64,000 nt of DNA from Acidimicrobiia bacterium (lineage in GTDB: Bacteria > Actinomycetota > Acidimicrobiia > Spongiisociales > Spongiisociaceae), in assembly GCA_965200835.1 (NCBI GenBank), contig OZ241390.1, positions 450,518 to 514,517 of the forward strand, read 5' to 3'. Below are positions 10,496 to 19,094 of the stretch, piece by piece. The translations under genes and the position numbers were made by a program. Position 1 is the stretch's first letter. The number at the start of each line of letters is the position of its first letter. The notes below the pieces were generated by a model. The model made no database searches. It was not told where the DNA came from and worked only from the letters and a program-made list of their open reading frames with translations.

Positions 10496-10933
10496 TCATC
10501 CACGTTGCGCGACCACCAGCCGCGTACCCCGGACTTCGAGGATCTCCACGGTTGCTCCCTCGGGAATCGAGTCGCCATCGGTGGTAGCCCGCCACTCCTC
10601 AGTCTCGACCCTGATCATCCCAGTGTTGGTGACCCTATCGATCTTCTGGAGGGCAAGGGCCTCCATCCCTACGTAGCGGCCTGGACCGACCCGGAGCTTC
10701 TGGTCCTGGCTCTGCCTCTTCATGAACCGGCGGACGATCAGCATCACTATTCCAGTACCTGCGAAGAAGAGTATCCACTGGGTCACATCGGACAGACCGA
10801 TCCAGGCTGCTACGGCGGCCAGGCCTGCACCGATCGCGAAGGGCAGCAGGAAGAAGCCGGCGGTGAGTATCTCCCCAAGCCCCATGACCAATGCCACACC
10901 GGTCCAAACCCATCTCCAGAGCTCGTTGTCCAT
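10496..10933 (-). CDS. NfeD-family membrane protein (short form; partner of the stomatin-like protein)
   Basis: 145 aa, two N-terminal TM helices and a C-terminal OB-fold-like beta domain (GMIRVETEEWRATTDG...ILEVRGTRLVV). Classic nfeD-SPFH operon order. Confidence 0.7.
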   Translation of the reverse strand: MDNELWRWVWTGVALVMGLGEILTAGFFLLPFAIGAGLAAVAAWIGLSDVTQWILFFAGTGIVMLIVRRFMKRQSQDQKLRVGPGRYVGMEALALQKIDRVTNTGMIRVETEEWRATTDGDSIPEGATVEILEVRGTRLVVAQRG

Positions 10934-11098
10934 AGTGCTCTCCTTCCTGCCTATTCCGAGGGTAGTGGCCCGCGGCTACCAACCGCGACCGGGCCGGCAC
11001 CCACGACCGGGCTGACACGATCCAGAAGGGAGTCAGGTCAGATCCGGCCTCGGGATAGTATGGCTACCAGGCCGTGCACACGCACATAGAATGGCTCC

Positions 11099-11302
11099 AT
11101 GTACGGTCCCCTCAACGGTGTCAGGGTGGCACTCGTGACCTTGGCGGTGATCGCCGCTCTCGTCGCGGCCGTGTTGGGCTACTGGATGGTAAGCCTGATA
11201 CTCGTGATCGGGGTGGCGTTGCACGGGTTCGGCTGGCTCTACCTGGCACAGCAGGCCGATCAAAAGCCGGAGCAAGACCCAACGCCCAGCGAACCGCGCT
11301 GA
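11099..11302 (+). CDS. hypothetical small membrane protein (two predicted TM helices)
   Basis: 67-aa ORF in an otherwise gene-free 430-nt gap. Hydrophobic segments are the only support. Confidence 0.25.
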   Translation: MYGPLNGVRVALVTLAVIAALVAAVLGYWMVSLILVIGVALHGFGWLYLAQQADQKPEQDPTPSEPR

Positions 11303-11364
11303 GATTCGGGTTATCAGATACCCCTTAACGCTGGTCGGTAGCTGGTACCGTTAGTGCGACCTGG

Positions 11365-12264
11365 TCAGTAGTGCCAGGGAAATCGAGAGAAGTCCTTCGG
11401 TCTCTTTTCGACGAAGGCGTCCCGCCCCTCCCCTGCCTCATCGGTCATGTAACCGAGGCGGGTGGCCTCCCCAGCGAAGATCTGCTGGCCCACCAGACCG
11501 TCGTCGATCAGGTTGAAGGCATACTTGAGCATCCGCTGGGACATGGGGCTCTTGGCATTGATCGTGCGCGCCCACTCCAGAGCGGTCTTCTCCAGCTCCT
11601 CATGGGCCACTACCCGGTTCACCATTCCCATCCGGAAAGCTTCCTCCGCCGAGTAGTCCTGTCCGAGGAAGAAGATCTCTCGAGCCCGCTTCTGGCCCAC
11701 CATCCGGGTCAGGTAGGCCGAACCGAATCCGGCATCGAAGGAGGCGACGTCGGCATCGGTCTGCTTGAAAACCGCGTGCTCTCGCGAGGCCAGGGTGAGA
11801 TCGCACACCACATGGAGACTATGGCCGCCACCCACCGCCCAGCCGGGCACCACCGCGATAACCACTTTGGCCATGAACCGGATCAGCCGCTGCACCTCGA
11901 GGATGTGGAGCCGCCCCAGGCGGGCCGGATCGATGACCTCAGCGCTCTCTCCCTCGGCGTACATGTAGCCGGCCTTGCCCCTGATGCGCTGATCCCCACC
12001 TGAGGAGAACGCCCAGCCGTCGTCCTTCGGAGATGGGCCATTGCCGGTGAGCAGCACCGTACCCACATCGCTCCATTGGCGGGCGTGATCCAGGGCCAAG
12101 TACAGCTCGTCCACGGTACGGGGCCGGAAGGCGTTGCGAATCTCCGGCCGATCGAACGCCACCCGGACCGTACCCTGGTCGACCGCCCGGTGATAGGTGA
12201 CATCGGTGAAGTCGAAGCCTTCGACCTCCCGCCAGGCGGACGGATCGAAAATCTCTGAGACCAT
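11365..12264 (-). CDS. menB: 1,4-dihydroxy-2-naphthoyl-CoA synthase
   Basis: Crotonase fold with the MenB-specific SGGDQ..RG and GYMYAEG / WAVGGGH segments. Start set at MVSEIFD (ATG 12262-12264). Confidence 0.8.
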   Translation of the reverse strand: MVSEIFDPSAWREVEGFDFTDVTYHRAVDQGTVRVAFDRPEIRNAFRPRTVDELYLALDHARQWSDVGTVLLTGNGPSPKDDGWAFSSGGDQRIRGKAGYMYAEGESAEVIDPARLGRLHILEVQRLIRFMAKVVIAVVPGWAVGGGHSLHVVCDLTLASREHAVFKQTDADVASFDAGFGSAYLTRMVGQKRAREIFFLGQDYSAEEAFRMGMVNRVVAHEELEKTALEWARTINAKSPMSQRMLKYAFNLIDDGLVGQQIFAGEATRLGYMTDEAGEGRDAFVEKRPKDFSRFPWHY

Positions 12265-12289
12265 CAGGACGGGCCCCCCTCGGTAGTCC

Positions 12290-13261
12290 TCACGTGCGGG
12301 GGGTGAGTTCGGGCACGCACACCCCGCAGGCGATGGTGGACCCATGATTCCGCCGGGCGGCTAGCTCGTCATCATGGTGCTGGTACTGGGGCGTGTCGTG
12401 GCGAGCAGTGCGGTGGTCAACTGGACGGCGGGCCTCCTCCTTCCACTCCTCATCCCACCGGTAGCCCAGGTCCACGATAGAACCAGGTTCATCGAGGCTC
12501 TCGAACAGCGCCAGAGCATCCGACATGATGGCCTTCTGCAGTCCGGGACGGTCAGGTGGCCCGCAAGTGTGCCCCAGCGGGAAGTCGGTGAAGGCGGCCC
12601 GGGGCGGGTTGGCCGAGGCGGTTATGGACCCGGCACTAGTCATCGACACGGTAGGTATGCCCTTCGCCTCGATCGCTCTGCTGATCAGTCCAACTGACTG
12701 ATGGCAGACCGGTCAGACAGGCACCAGGAGCACCGCGTCCAATCGCAGATCCAGGGCGCGGTCCACCAGGGCAGGGATCAGTTCACTAGCCAGACGGCGC
12801 TGTGAGTAGATGCCTCCCATAAAGGTGAGGGCGACGGGCGCCAGCTCGCCGATCACCCCGTCGGCGGCCAGAGCCCGCAAGGCTTCGATCGGAAACACCA
12901 CGTTGGGATCACGGCGGGGATTCGCCAGGTCGAAGGCGAAGTGGGTCACCCGCAGCTCCGAGGTGGGTACTCCGGTGGGTATCTCGCGATGGGTAACGTC
13001 GTCGCGGTGAGTGAACGCCACCTGCCCGTGACGGTAGATGCCACCCGAGGCGATCAACCCGAGACGGGCTTCGGAGAGCGGCTTGCGTAGAGTGGCCCAG
13101 GCAGGCTGATCCTCATTCTGGGCCCAGCGGTAAGGCGAGTACCCGAGGCGTCCGTAGGCCTCTTTCGTGACGGCGATGTAATCGACAGGGGTGGGATCGG
13201 GTTCCATGGCATCTATTCTAGGAGACTGCGGGCAGCCGGTATCGATCTCCCCATGGGTCAC
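12290..13261 (-). CDS. putative selenoprotein of the glycine/sarcosine/betaine/D-proline reductase B-subunit family (GrdB/PrdB-like); in-frame TGA at 12713-12715 (plus-strand coordinates) read as selenocysteine
   Basis: ORFs 12713..13261 and 12290..12649 are in the same frame, separated only by a TGA and 21 stop-free codons. Read-through gives ...LLVPV-U-PVCHQSVGLISRAIEAKGIPTVSMTSAG...FPLGH.... The U-x-x-C motif and following segment match what I recall of the Sec region of PrdB/GrdB. A hairpin starts 11 nt after the UGA. Confidence 0.55.
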
Positions 13262-13267
13262 GCCTGG

Positions 13268-13708
13268 TCAGCTGTTCGGCGGCCAGTCAGGATCCAGTTG
13301 CCGCAGGAAATCGGCGCAGCGCTCCTCCTCGTGATGCTCGCCTATCTGTCCAGCCATACGCTGTAGTCCGGCCAGGCACCGCAGGAAGCCGCGGTTCGGC
13401 TCGTCCGCCCACCGGACCAGCTGACTCCCCCGCCACCCATTCTGCCGGAGAGCATCCAGCCCCCGGTGGTAGCCGATCCGGAAGCTCGCATAGGCTTGTA
13501 CAACAGCAAGGGTCGAACCGGCAGACCGCTCCTGCCATTCCCCCAGTGCCGCCCACCCATCCATAGAATCAGGATTATCGGCCACGATCGTCGCTAGCTC
13601 CTCAAGCGTCTCAGCCTGGTCTAGGTCAGCGATCAGCCCTGGATCGGGTATAGGAAGCACCACCCGGGGCCTCCCTCCCATACTCAGGTGTACCTGCTCG
13701 CCCGCCAT
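13268..13708 (-). CDS. conserved hypothetical protein (resembles actinobacterial DUF3151-type proteins)
   Basis: 146-aa ORF ending 6 nt before the selenoprotein candidate start, so probably co-transcribed. Family assignment is from memory only. Confidence 0.45.
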   Translation of the reverse strand: MAGEQVHLSMGGRPRVVLPIPDPGLIADLDQAETLEELATIVADNPDSMDGWAALGEWQERSAGSTLAVVQAYASFRIGYHRGLDALRQNGWRGSQLVRWADEPNRGFLRCLAGLQRMAGQIGEHHEEERCADFLRQLDPDWPPNS

Positions 13709-13752
13709 CAGCTCAGCTTAGGTGTAGCTGGTGGGACTACCGCGTCGGTCAG

Positions 13753-14691
13753 TCAATGACGGGGCTTGCCGCTCTCTAGGTGGTAGCCGCCCAGACGGCG
13801 CTCGACCTCTGCAATCGCGGCCCGGACGTGCGAAGCTTCCCACCCCGGCGCTTGCAATTGATCGACCGCATATGAAGCGACCTCGCAGGCAACTTCTGCC
13901 ATCGTCCGGACCTCTCCGGAGGTAGGAGGCTCCATCGGTGAGTCTGGCGTATAACGGGAGTCTTGATGCCAGCGCGTCAGTTCTTCAAACCCCACCCGTG
14001 CCAGTCGAGCACTGATCTCGCCACGATAGGGCTCTACCAGCTGGGCACACAGTTCAGCGATGTCGTGTCCTCGAATGGCTCGTTCACACCCTGCCACATG
14101 CACTAGGGACTTGATGGCAGATTCGACGGTACGTTGGATCTGGCCGCAGGCCCCCTCGAATCTCACAACAAGCAAGTAGAGGGCCTCCTCGTAGTCGCCG
14201 GACCTCCGTGCCTTCAACTCCCGATCATTGGGCCTCAAGAACATCTCTAGCGCTATCAATGCACCACTAACCTCGCGCAAGCGCCTCATGGTGGCTTCGT
14301 GGCTATTGGTTGGCAAGACCATCTCCTTATCCCAGTCGACCTCACCGATACCGTGATCAACGAGCAAGACCCCGTATCCTGCGATCCAACTTTCCAGCGA
14401 AGTAACGATGTTCTCGGTGCGAACCTTCCACTCAGGCCGGTCGGTGACCAAGACATCGACCGGATAACCGACTTCTGCTGTCGCTAACCTGGCAAGCTCC
14501 TGCTCGCGGGTGAACCGCGCTGTGTAATCCAGGTCGTCATAGATCGCCACCAGATCTATGTCACTACTCTCGGTTGCCTCGCCACGAGCCGTAGAACCGA
14601 ACAGCCACACCGCGCTCACTCCCGCCAACGTGAACAACTCCGCCACCCGCTCGGCATCAGCCCGGGATGGAGCCCTTGTAACTAAAGACAT
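13753..14691 (-). CDS. nucleotidyltransferase (minimal NTase, MNT) - HEPN domain fusion protein
   Basis: N-terminal Pol-beta-type NTase motif LFGSTARGEATESSDIDLVAIYDD. C-terminal helical domain with an R-x4-H HEPN-like motif (ERAIRGHD). GC (~52-58%) is lower than the flanks. Confidence 0.65.
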   Translation of the reverse strand: MSLVTRAPSRADAERVAELFTLAGVSAVWLFGSTARGEATESSDIDLVAIYDDLDYTARFTREQELARLATAEVGYPVDVLVTDRPEWKVRTENIVTSLESWIAGYGVLLVDHGIGEVDWDKEMVLPTNSHEATMRRLREVSGALIALEMFLRPNDRELKARRSGDYEEALYLLVVRFEGACGQIQRTVESAIKSLVHVAGCERAIRGHDIAELCAQLVEPYRGEISARLARVGFEELTRWHQDSRYTPDSPMEPPTSGEVRTMAEVACEVASYAVDQLQAPGWEASHVRAAIAEVERRLGGYHLESGKPRH

Positions 14692-14781
14692 GATCCAGAG
14701 CGCTGTCCTTCCTGGCGGACTGTCACACTCGGCACCGCAAGACTAACTCCCCCTACGTCCTTTGCGGCGGCCGCACCGTGG

Positions 14782-15186
14782 TCAGTGTGGTGGTTCGAGG
14801 AAACTAACCACATCTCGTCGGAGGACGATCTCGTTCGGCACAGACCGGCGGTGGGCGTCCCGGGCCGCCATCGTCTCCTCCATTAGCTTGAGCCTCCGAC
14901 GTAGGTGGCTGACCTCCGAACGGAGCGCCCGGTTCTCTGCCTGGAGCTGCATGATCCGCTTGACACCCTCGATGTTGATGCCCTGGCTGGTCAGGTCCTG
15001 GATCAGCGAGAGGCGTTCGAGATCCGCGTTGGAGTAGCGGCGGGTTCCGCCCGGCGTACGGAAGGGCTCGATGAGACCCCGCCGCTCGTAGATCCGCAGC
15101 GTCTGGGGGTGCATTCCTGCCAGGCTGGCCGCCACCGAGATGACGTAGACCGCCTCCAACTTATCCGGGATCTGTTTCTTGGCCAT
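14782..15186 (-). CDS. hspR: MerR-family heat-shock repressor HspR
   Basis: MerR-type HTH (VYVISVAASLAGMHPQTLRIYERRGL) plus coiled-coil C-terminus. It is the last gene of the dnaK-grpE-dnaJ-hspR operon. Start at MAKKQ (ATG 15184-15186). Confidence 0.85.
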   Translation of the reverse strand: MAKKQIPDKLEAVYVISVAASLAGMHPQTLRIYERRGLIEPFRTPGGTRRYSNADLERLSLIQDLTSQGINIEGVKRIMQLQAENRALRSEVSHLRRRLKLMEETMAARDAHRRSVPNEIVLRRDVVSFLEPPH

Positions 15187-15204
15187 CCTGCCCTTCCTTC
15201 TCAC

Positions 15205-16299
15205 CTAGAGGTTATCGCGTGGGTTCTCCGTTTCGTACCGCTCTCTGAACTCCTCGAGCATCTTTCGGGCGTCTCTCGGGAGCCGCGGGGGGACCGCCAC
15301 CTGTACCGTCACCAGCAGGTCACCGGGTCGGCTACGGGGACGCCGCACCCCCTCCTTACGCACCCGGAAGGTCCGGCCGGAGGAGGTGCCAGCCGGTATC
15401 TTGAGCGTCACCTTCCCGTCGAGGGTAGGCACCTGCACCCTGGCACCCAGGGCTGCCTCGGTGAAGGTGATCGGCAGCTTCATGGCTAGGTCGTCGTCGC
15501 GCCGGGTGAACAGCGGATGCGATCCCACCCTGATCTGGACCAGTACATCGCCGGGAGGCCCACCTCTCACTCCGGAGGAACCCCTACCGCGCAGCTTGAT
15601 CGTGTTTCCGTCCTTGACACCGGGCGGGATCCTCACCCGCAGCGTCCGGGCGGCCCGGTCCTGGCCGGACCCGCGACAATTACGGCAGGGCGACTCCATC
15701 TGCCGACCGGAACCTTGGCAGGTCCGGCAGGGGTTGGTGAAGGAGAAGAAGCCCTGATTGGACGCAACCGTGCCCGTCCCGCCGCAGGCGGAACACACGT
15801 CGATGGAGGTTCCTGGCTCCGCTCCCCCACCCCCGCACCGGCTGCAGGTCGCCGGGCTCTCGATGGTCACCGCCGCGGTGGTGCCCCTGACGGACTCCTC
15901 GAACGTCAGGTCGAGAGTGGCGGAAACATCCGAGCCCCGCTGGGGTCCACTCCTGTTTCCGCCGAATCCGAACAGGCCGCCCAGACCGCCGCCGACCCCT
16001 CCGAGAATGTCTTCGAAGCGCACCTGCCCACCTCCGAAGGTCCCAGACCTGCCGCCAAACCCCCGAGAGCCGAGCAAGCGAACCTGGTCGTACTCCTTCC
16101 GCCTGTCCGGATCTGAGAGCACCGAGTAGGCCTCCGACACCTCCTTGAAACGCTCGGCAGCGGCATCATCGTCCGGGTTGGCGTCGGGATGCAGCTTCTG
16201 GGCGAGGCGTCGATAGGACTTCTTGATGGTGGCCTGGTCGGCCTGCTTACCCACCTCCAGAAGACGGTAGAAGTCCTTGTTGAGCCAGTCGCGGTTCAT
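15205..16299 (-). CDS. dnaJ: chaperone DnaJ
   Basis: J domain with HPD (KKSYRRLAQKLHPDANPDD), Gly-rich region and four CxxCxGxG zinc-finger repeats. Start at MNRDWLNKDFY (ATG 16297-16299). Confidence 0.95.
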   Translation of the reverse strand: MNRDWLNKDFYRLLEVGKQADQATIKKSYRRLAQKLHPDANPDDDAAAERFKEVSEAYSVLSDPDRRKEYDQVRLLGSRGFGGRSGTFGGGQVRFEDILGGVGGGLGGLFGFGGNRSGPQRGSDVSATLDLTFEESVRGTTAAVTIESPATCSRCGGGGAEPGTSIDVCSACGGTGTVASNQGFFSFTNPCRTCQGSGRQMESPCRNCRGSGQDRAARTLRVRIPPGVKDGNTIKLRGRGSSGVRGGPPGDVLVQIRVGSHPLFTRRDDDLAMKLPITFTEAALGARVQVPTLDGKVTLKIPAGTSSGRTFRVRKEGVRRPRSRPGDLLVTVQVAVPPRLPRDARKMLEEFRERYETENPRDNL

Positions 16300-16318
16300 G
16301 CTCCAGTACCCCTCGCCC

Positions 16319-16993
16319 TCACGGCGTCTCGGGGTCCTCCCCGGCCTGGTCCTCTCCGGACGGCTCCTCCACGGCGGCGGACAGGTAACCGACCGCCACC
16401 AGCGTGGCCCTGATGACCCTTCCATTGAGCGTGTAGCCGCGGCGCCACTCGGCCTCCACCACCATGGTGCCGCTGCCTTCGCCGATGTGAGCAGCCTCAT
16501 GCAGGTTGGGGTCGAACACCTTCCCCAGCGCGTCGATGGGCTCCAAACCTTCCTTGGCGAGGGTCGAGAGCAGCAGATCCCGGGTACCGACCAGACCCTG
16601 GCGCAGGCCCTGCTCCGAGGTTCCGGCCTCCATGGTGAGAGCCGAGTCGAGGCTATCGAGGACGGGTAGCAGGCTGCCCACCACCCGTTCGGAGGCTCGA
16701 GCGATCATGGCGGCCTGGTCACGCTGGGAGCGCTTCCGGTAGTTGTCGAACTCCGCGGCGGTCCGCTTCCATCTGTCCACCGCTCCGGCGGTGGCGGCCT
16801 GGGCGACCACCACCTCTCCTAGCAGGAGGGAGATTGCCTCGGCCGGATCTTCGGGCAGCTCGAAATCCGCTACCGGATCCGGCTCTTCCTCGACTACCTC
16901 GGCCTCGGGATCCGGATCGACCACGGCCGGTTCCTCACCGGTCTCGAGCCGGTCCTCCACCCCGTCGGGCATCGCCTGCTCAGCGGCGGGCAT
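16319..16993 (-). CDS. grpE: nucleotide exchange factor GrpE (start position uncertain, 16972-17002)
   Basis: GrpE core (AEFDNYRKR...LLPVLDSLD...GLEPI...FDPNLHEA). The N-terminus overlaps or abuts the dnaK stop. Confidence 0.88.
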   Translation of the reverse strand: MPAAEQAMPDGVEDRLETGEEPAVVDPDPEAEVVEEEPDPVADFELPEDPAEAISLLLGEVVVAQAATAGAVDRWKRTAAEFDNYRKRSQRDQAAMIARASERVVGSLLPVLDSLDSALTMEAGTSEQGLRQGLVGTRDLLLSTLAKEGLEPIDALGKVFDPNLHEAAHIGEGSGTMVVEAEWRRGYTLNGRVIRATLVAVGYLSAAVEEPSGEDQAGEDPETP

Positions 16994-18815
16994 CGTTGTC
17001 ATCGTCGATGATCTCCGCCTCGACGATGTCCTCGTCGTCGCCCCCCCGATCGGTGCCTGCACCGGGTTGCTCGGCAGTCTGGGCCTCATACATCTTCTGG
17101 GCAAGCACCTGGGAAGCCTTGAAGGTGTCCTCTATCTTCGACTGGATGTCCTCGACGGTGGCCGACTCATCGTCCTTGACCGCCCGCAGGTCTGTCACCG
17201 CGGCGTCGATGGCCTCCCGCTCGGAGTCGTCCAGCTTGTCAGCGTGCTCTTCGAGCAAGCTCTCGGTCTGGTTGATCACCTGGTCGGCCTGGTTGCGGAC
17301 GTCCACCAGCTCCCGCTTCTTGGCGTCTTCCTCCGCATAGCGTTCGGCATCCTCGACCATCCGGTCGATCTCGTCCTGAGAGAGGGCGGTCCCCCCGGTG
17401 ATGGTCATGGCCTGCTCGCGACCGGTTCCCAAATCCTTGGCGTTCACCGACACGATGCCGTTGGCGTCGATGTCGAAGCTGACCTCGATCTGTGGCATAC
17501 CCATAGGAGCGGGGGGAATGCCGGTCAGACGGAACTTGCCGAGGCTCTTGTTGTCGAAAGCCATGGGTCGCTCCCCCTGGAGCACGTGGATCTCCACCTC
17601 CGGCTGGTTGTGCTCCGCGGTAGTGAAGGTCTCCGTCCGCTTGGTAGGAATGGTGGTGTTGCGCTCGATCATCTTGGTCATCACGGCGCCCTTGGTCTCG
17701 ATGCCCAGCGTGAGGGGCGTCACGTCGAGCAGCAGGATGTCCTTGACATCCCCGGTCAGGACACCGGCCTGCAGGGCAGCGCCCGCCGACACCACTTCGT
17801 CCGGGTTGACTCCCCGGTGAGGCTCCTTGCCGGTTAGCCTTCCCACCAGGTCCTGGATGGCTGGCATCCGGGTCGATCCTCCCACCAGCACCACGTGATC
17901 GATGCCCGCGGTGGTAACCCCAGCGTCCGCCACCGCCCTCCGGAAGGGTCCTTCGGTTCGCTTGACCAGGTTTCGGGTCATCCGCTGGAACTCGGCGCGA
18001 GTAAGCCGTTGCTGGAGATGCAAGGGGCCGCTCGAAGTTGCGGTGATGAAGGGGAGGTTGACCTCGGTCTCGGAAACGCTCGACAGCTCGATCTTGGCCT
18101 TCTCGGCCGCTTCCTTGAGGCGCTGGGCAGCCATCCGGTCATCCGAGAGATCCACGCCACTCTCGTTCCTGAAACCGGTGACCAGCCAGTCGATGATCGC
18201 CTCGTCCCAGTCGTCACCGCCTAGCTGGGTGTCTCCACTGGTGGACTTCACTTCGAATACTCCGTCACCGATCTCGAGGATCGAGACATCGAAGGTCCCG
18301 CCCCCCAGATCGAACACCAGGATGGTCTGCTCGTCGTCCTCCTTGTCGAGTCCGTAAGCGAGGGCGGCGGCGGTCGGCTCGTTGACGATCCGCAGTACAT
18401 CCAAGCCAGCGACCTGGCCTGCTTCCTTGGTGGCCTGCCGCTGGGCATCGTTGAAATAGGCCGGCACGGTGACCACGGCCGAGGTCACGTCGGTACCCAG
18501 GTAGGCTTCGGCATCCCGCTTGAGCTTCATCAGGATCCGCGCCGAGATCTCCTGGGCGCTGTAACGCTTGCCATCCACCTTGGTGTTCCAGCCGGTGCCC
18601 ATGTGGCGCTTCACCGAGCGGATCGTATGGTCGGGATTGGTGATGGCCTGGCGCTTGGCCACCTCTCCTACCAGTACCTCACCTTCCTTGAAGGCAACTA
18701 CCGAGGGGGTGGTGCGGCCACCCTCGGCGTTGGCTACCACGGTGGGTTCGCCTCCCTCCAATACCGCGATCACGCTGTTGGTAGTGCCTAGATCGATTCC
18801 GACGGCGCTCGCCAT
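16980..18815 (-). CDS. dnaK: chaperone DnaK (Hsp70)
   Basis: [19 protein letters not shown] and full-length Hsp70 architecture, 611 aa. Confidence 0.97.
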   Translation of the reverse strand: MASAVGIDLGTTNSVIAVLEGGEPTVVANAEGGRTTPSVVAFKEGEVLVGEVAKRQAITNPDHTIRSVKRHMGTGWNTKVDGKRYSAQEISARILMKLKRDAEAYLGTDVTSAVVTVPAYFNDAQRQATKEAGQVAGLDVLRIVNEPTAAALAYGLDKEDDEQTILVFDLGGGTFDVSILEIGDGVFEVKSTSGDTQLGGDDWDEAIIDWLVTGFRNESGVDLSDDRMAAQRLKEAAEKAKIELSSVSETEVNLPFITATSSGPLHLQQRLTRAEFQRMTRNLVKRTEGPFRRAVADAGVTTAGIDHVVLVGGSTRMPAIQDLVGRLTGKEPHRGVNPDEVVSAGAALQAGVLTGDVKDILLLDVTPLTLGIETKGAVMTKMIERNTTIPTKRTETFTTAEHNQPEVEIHVLQGERPMAFDNKSLGKFRLTGIPPAPMGMPQIEVSFDIDANGIVSVNAKDLGTGREQAMTITGGTALSQDEIDRMVEDAERYAEEDAKKRELVDVRNQADQVINQTESLLEEHADKLDDSEREAIDAAVTDLRAVKDDESATVEDIQSKIEDTFKASQVLAQKMYEAQTAEQPGAGTDRGGDDEDIVEAEIIDDDNDARR

Positions 18816-19094
18816 TCGAGTCTCCTCTTCCCTTGTGGGACCAAGCTACAATTGTTCTCAGTCTGTCTGATAGGTATAACCTGAGTCGTACCCTATCATA
18901 TTCCGAGACTACTTCGCCTACCGAGAGTTGTTGCCAACCCGGGATCAACGATGGAACGATGCCATTCCTGCTGTCCCCAAAGAGTGTGTAAGCAAATACG
19001 CCGTCTTTAAGGAGATTCGCTAAAGACCGTAGAAACGCTTACAAACCGAGTTGGCTGGTCACGGACAAATGGAACCACCGCTCAGTTGTGTACA

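Noticed and set aside
10934-11098. Possible regulatory element or small RNA between nfeD and the small membrane ORF.
   Set aside because: No inverted repeats or conserved motifs were noticed; nothing supports a call.
12374-12697. Plus-strand 107-aa ORF overlapping the selenoprotein candidate.
   Set aside because: It is antisense to a frame with recognisable PrdB/GrdB-like conservation, and it is low-complexity and Gly/Arg-rich.
18816-19094. HspR-binding HAIR element (CTTGAGT-N7-ACTCAAG) or CIRCE upstream of dnaK.
   Set aside because: The AT-richer dnaK upstream region holds only loosely spaced CTCAG/CTGAG half-sites (~20-nt spacing). It has no clean HAIR or CIRCE consensus, so I am not calling an operator.
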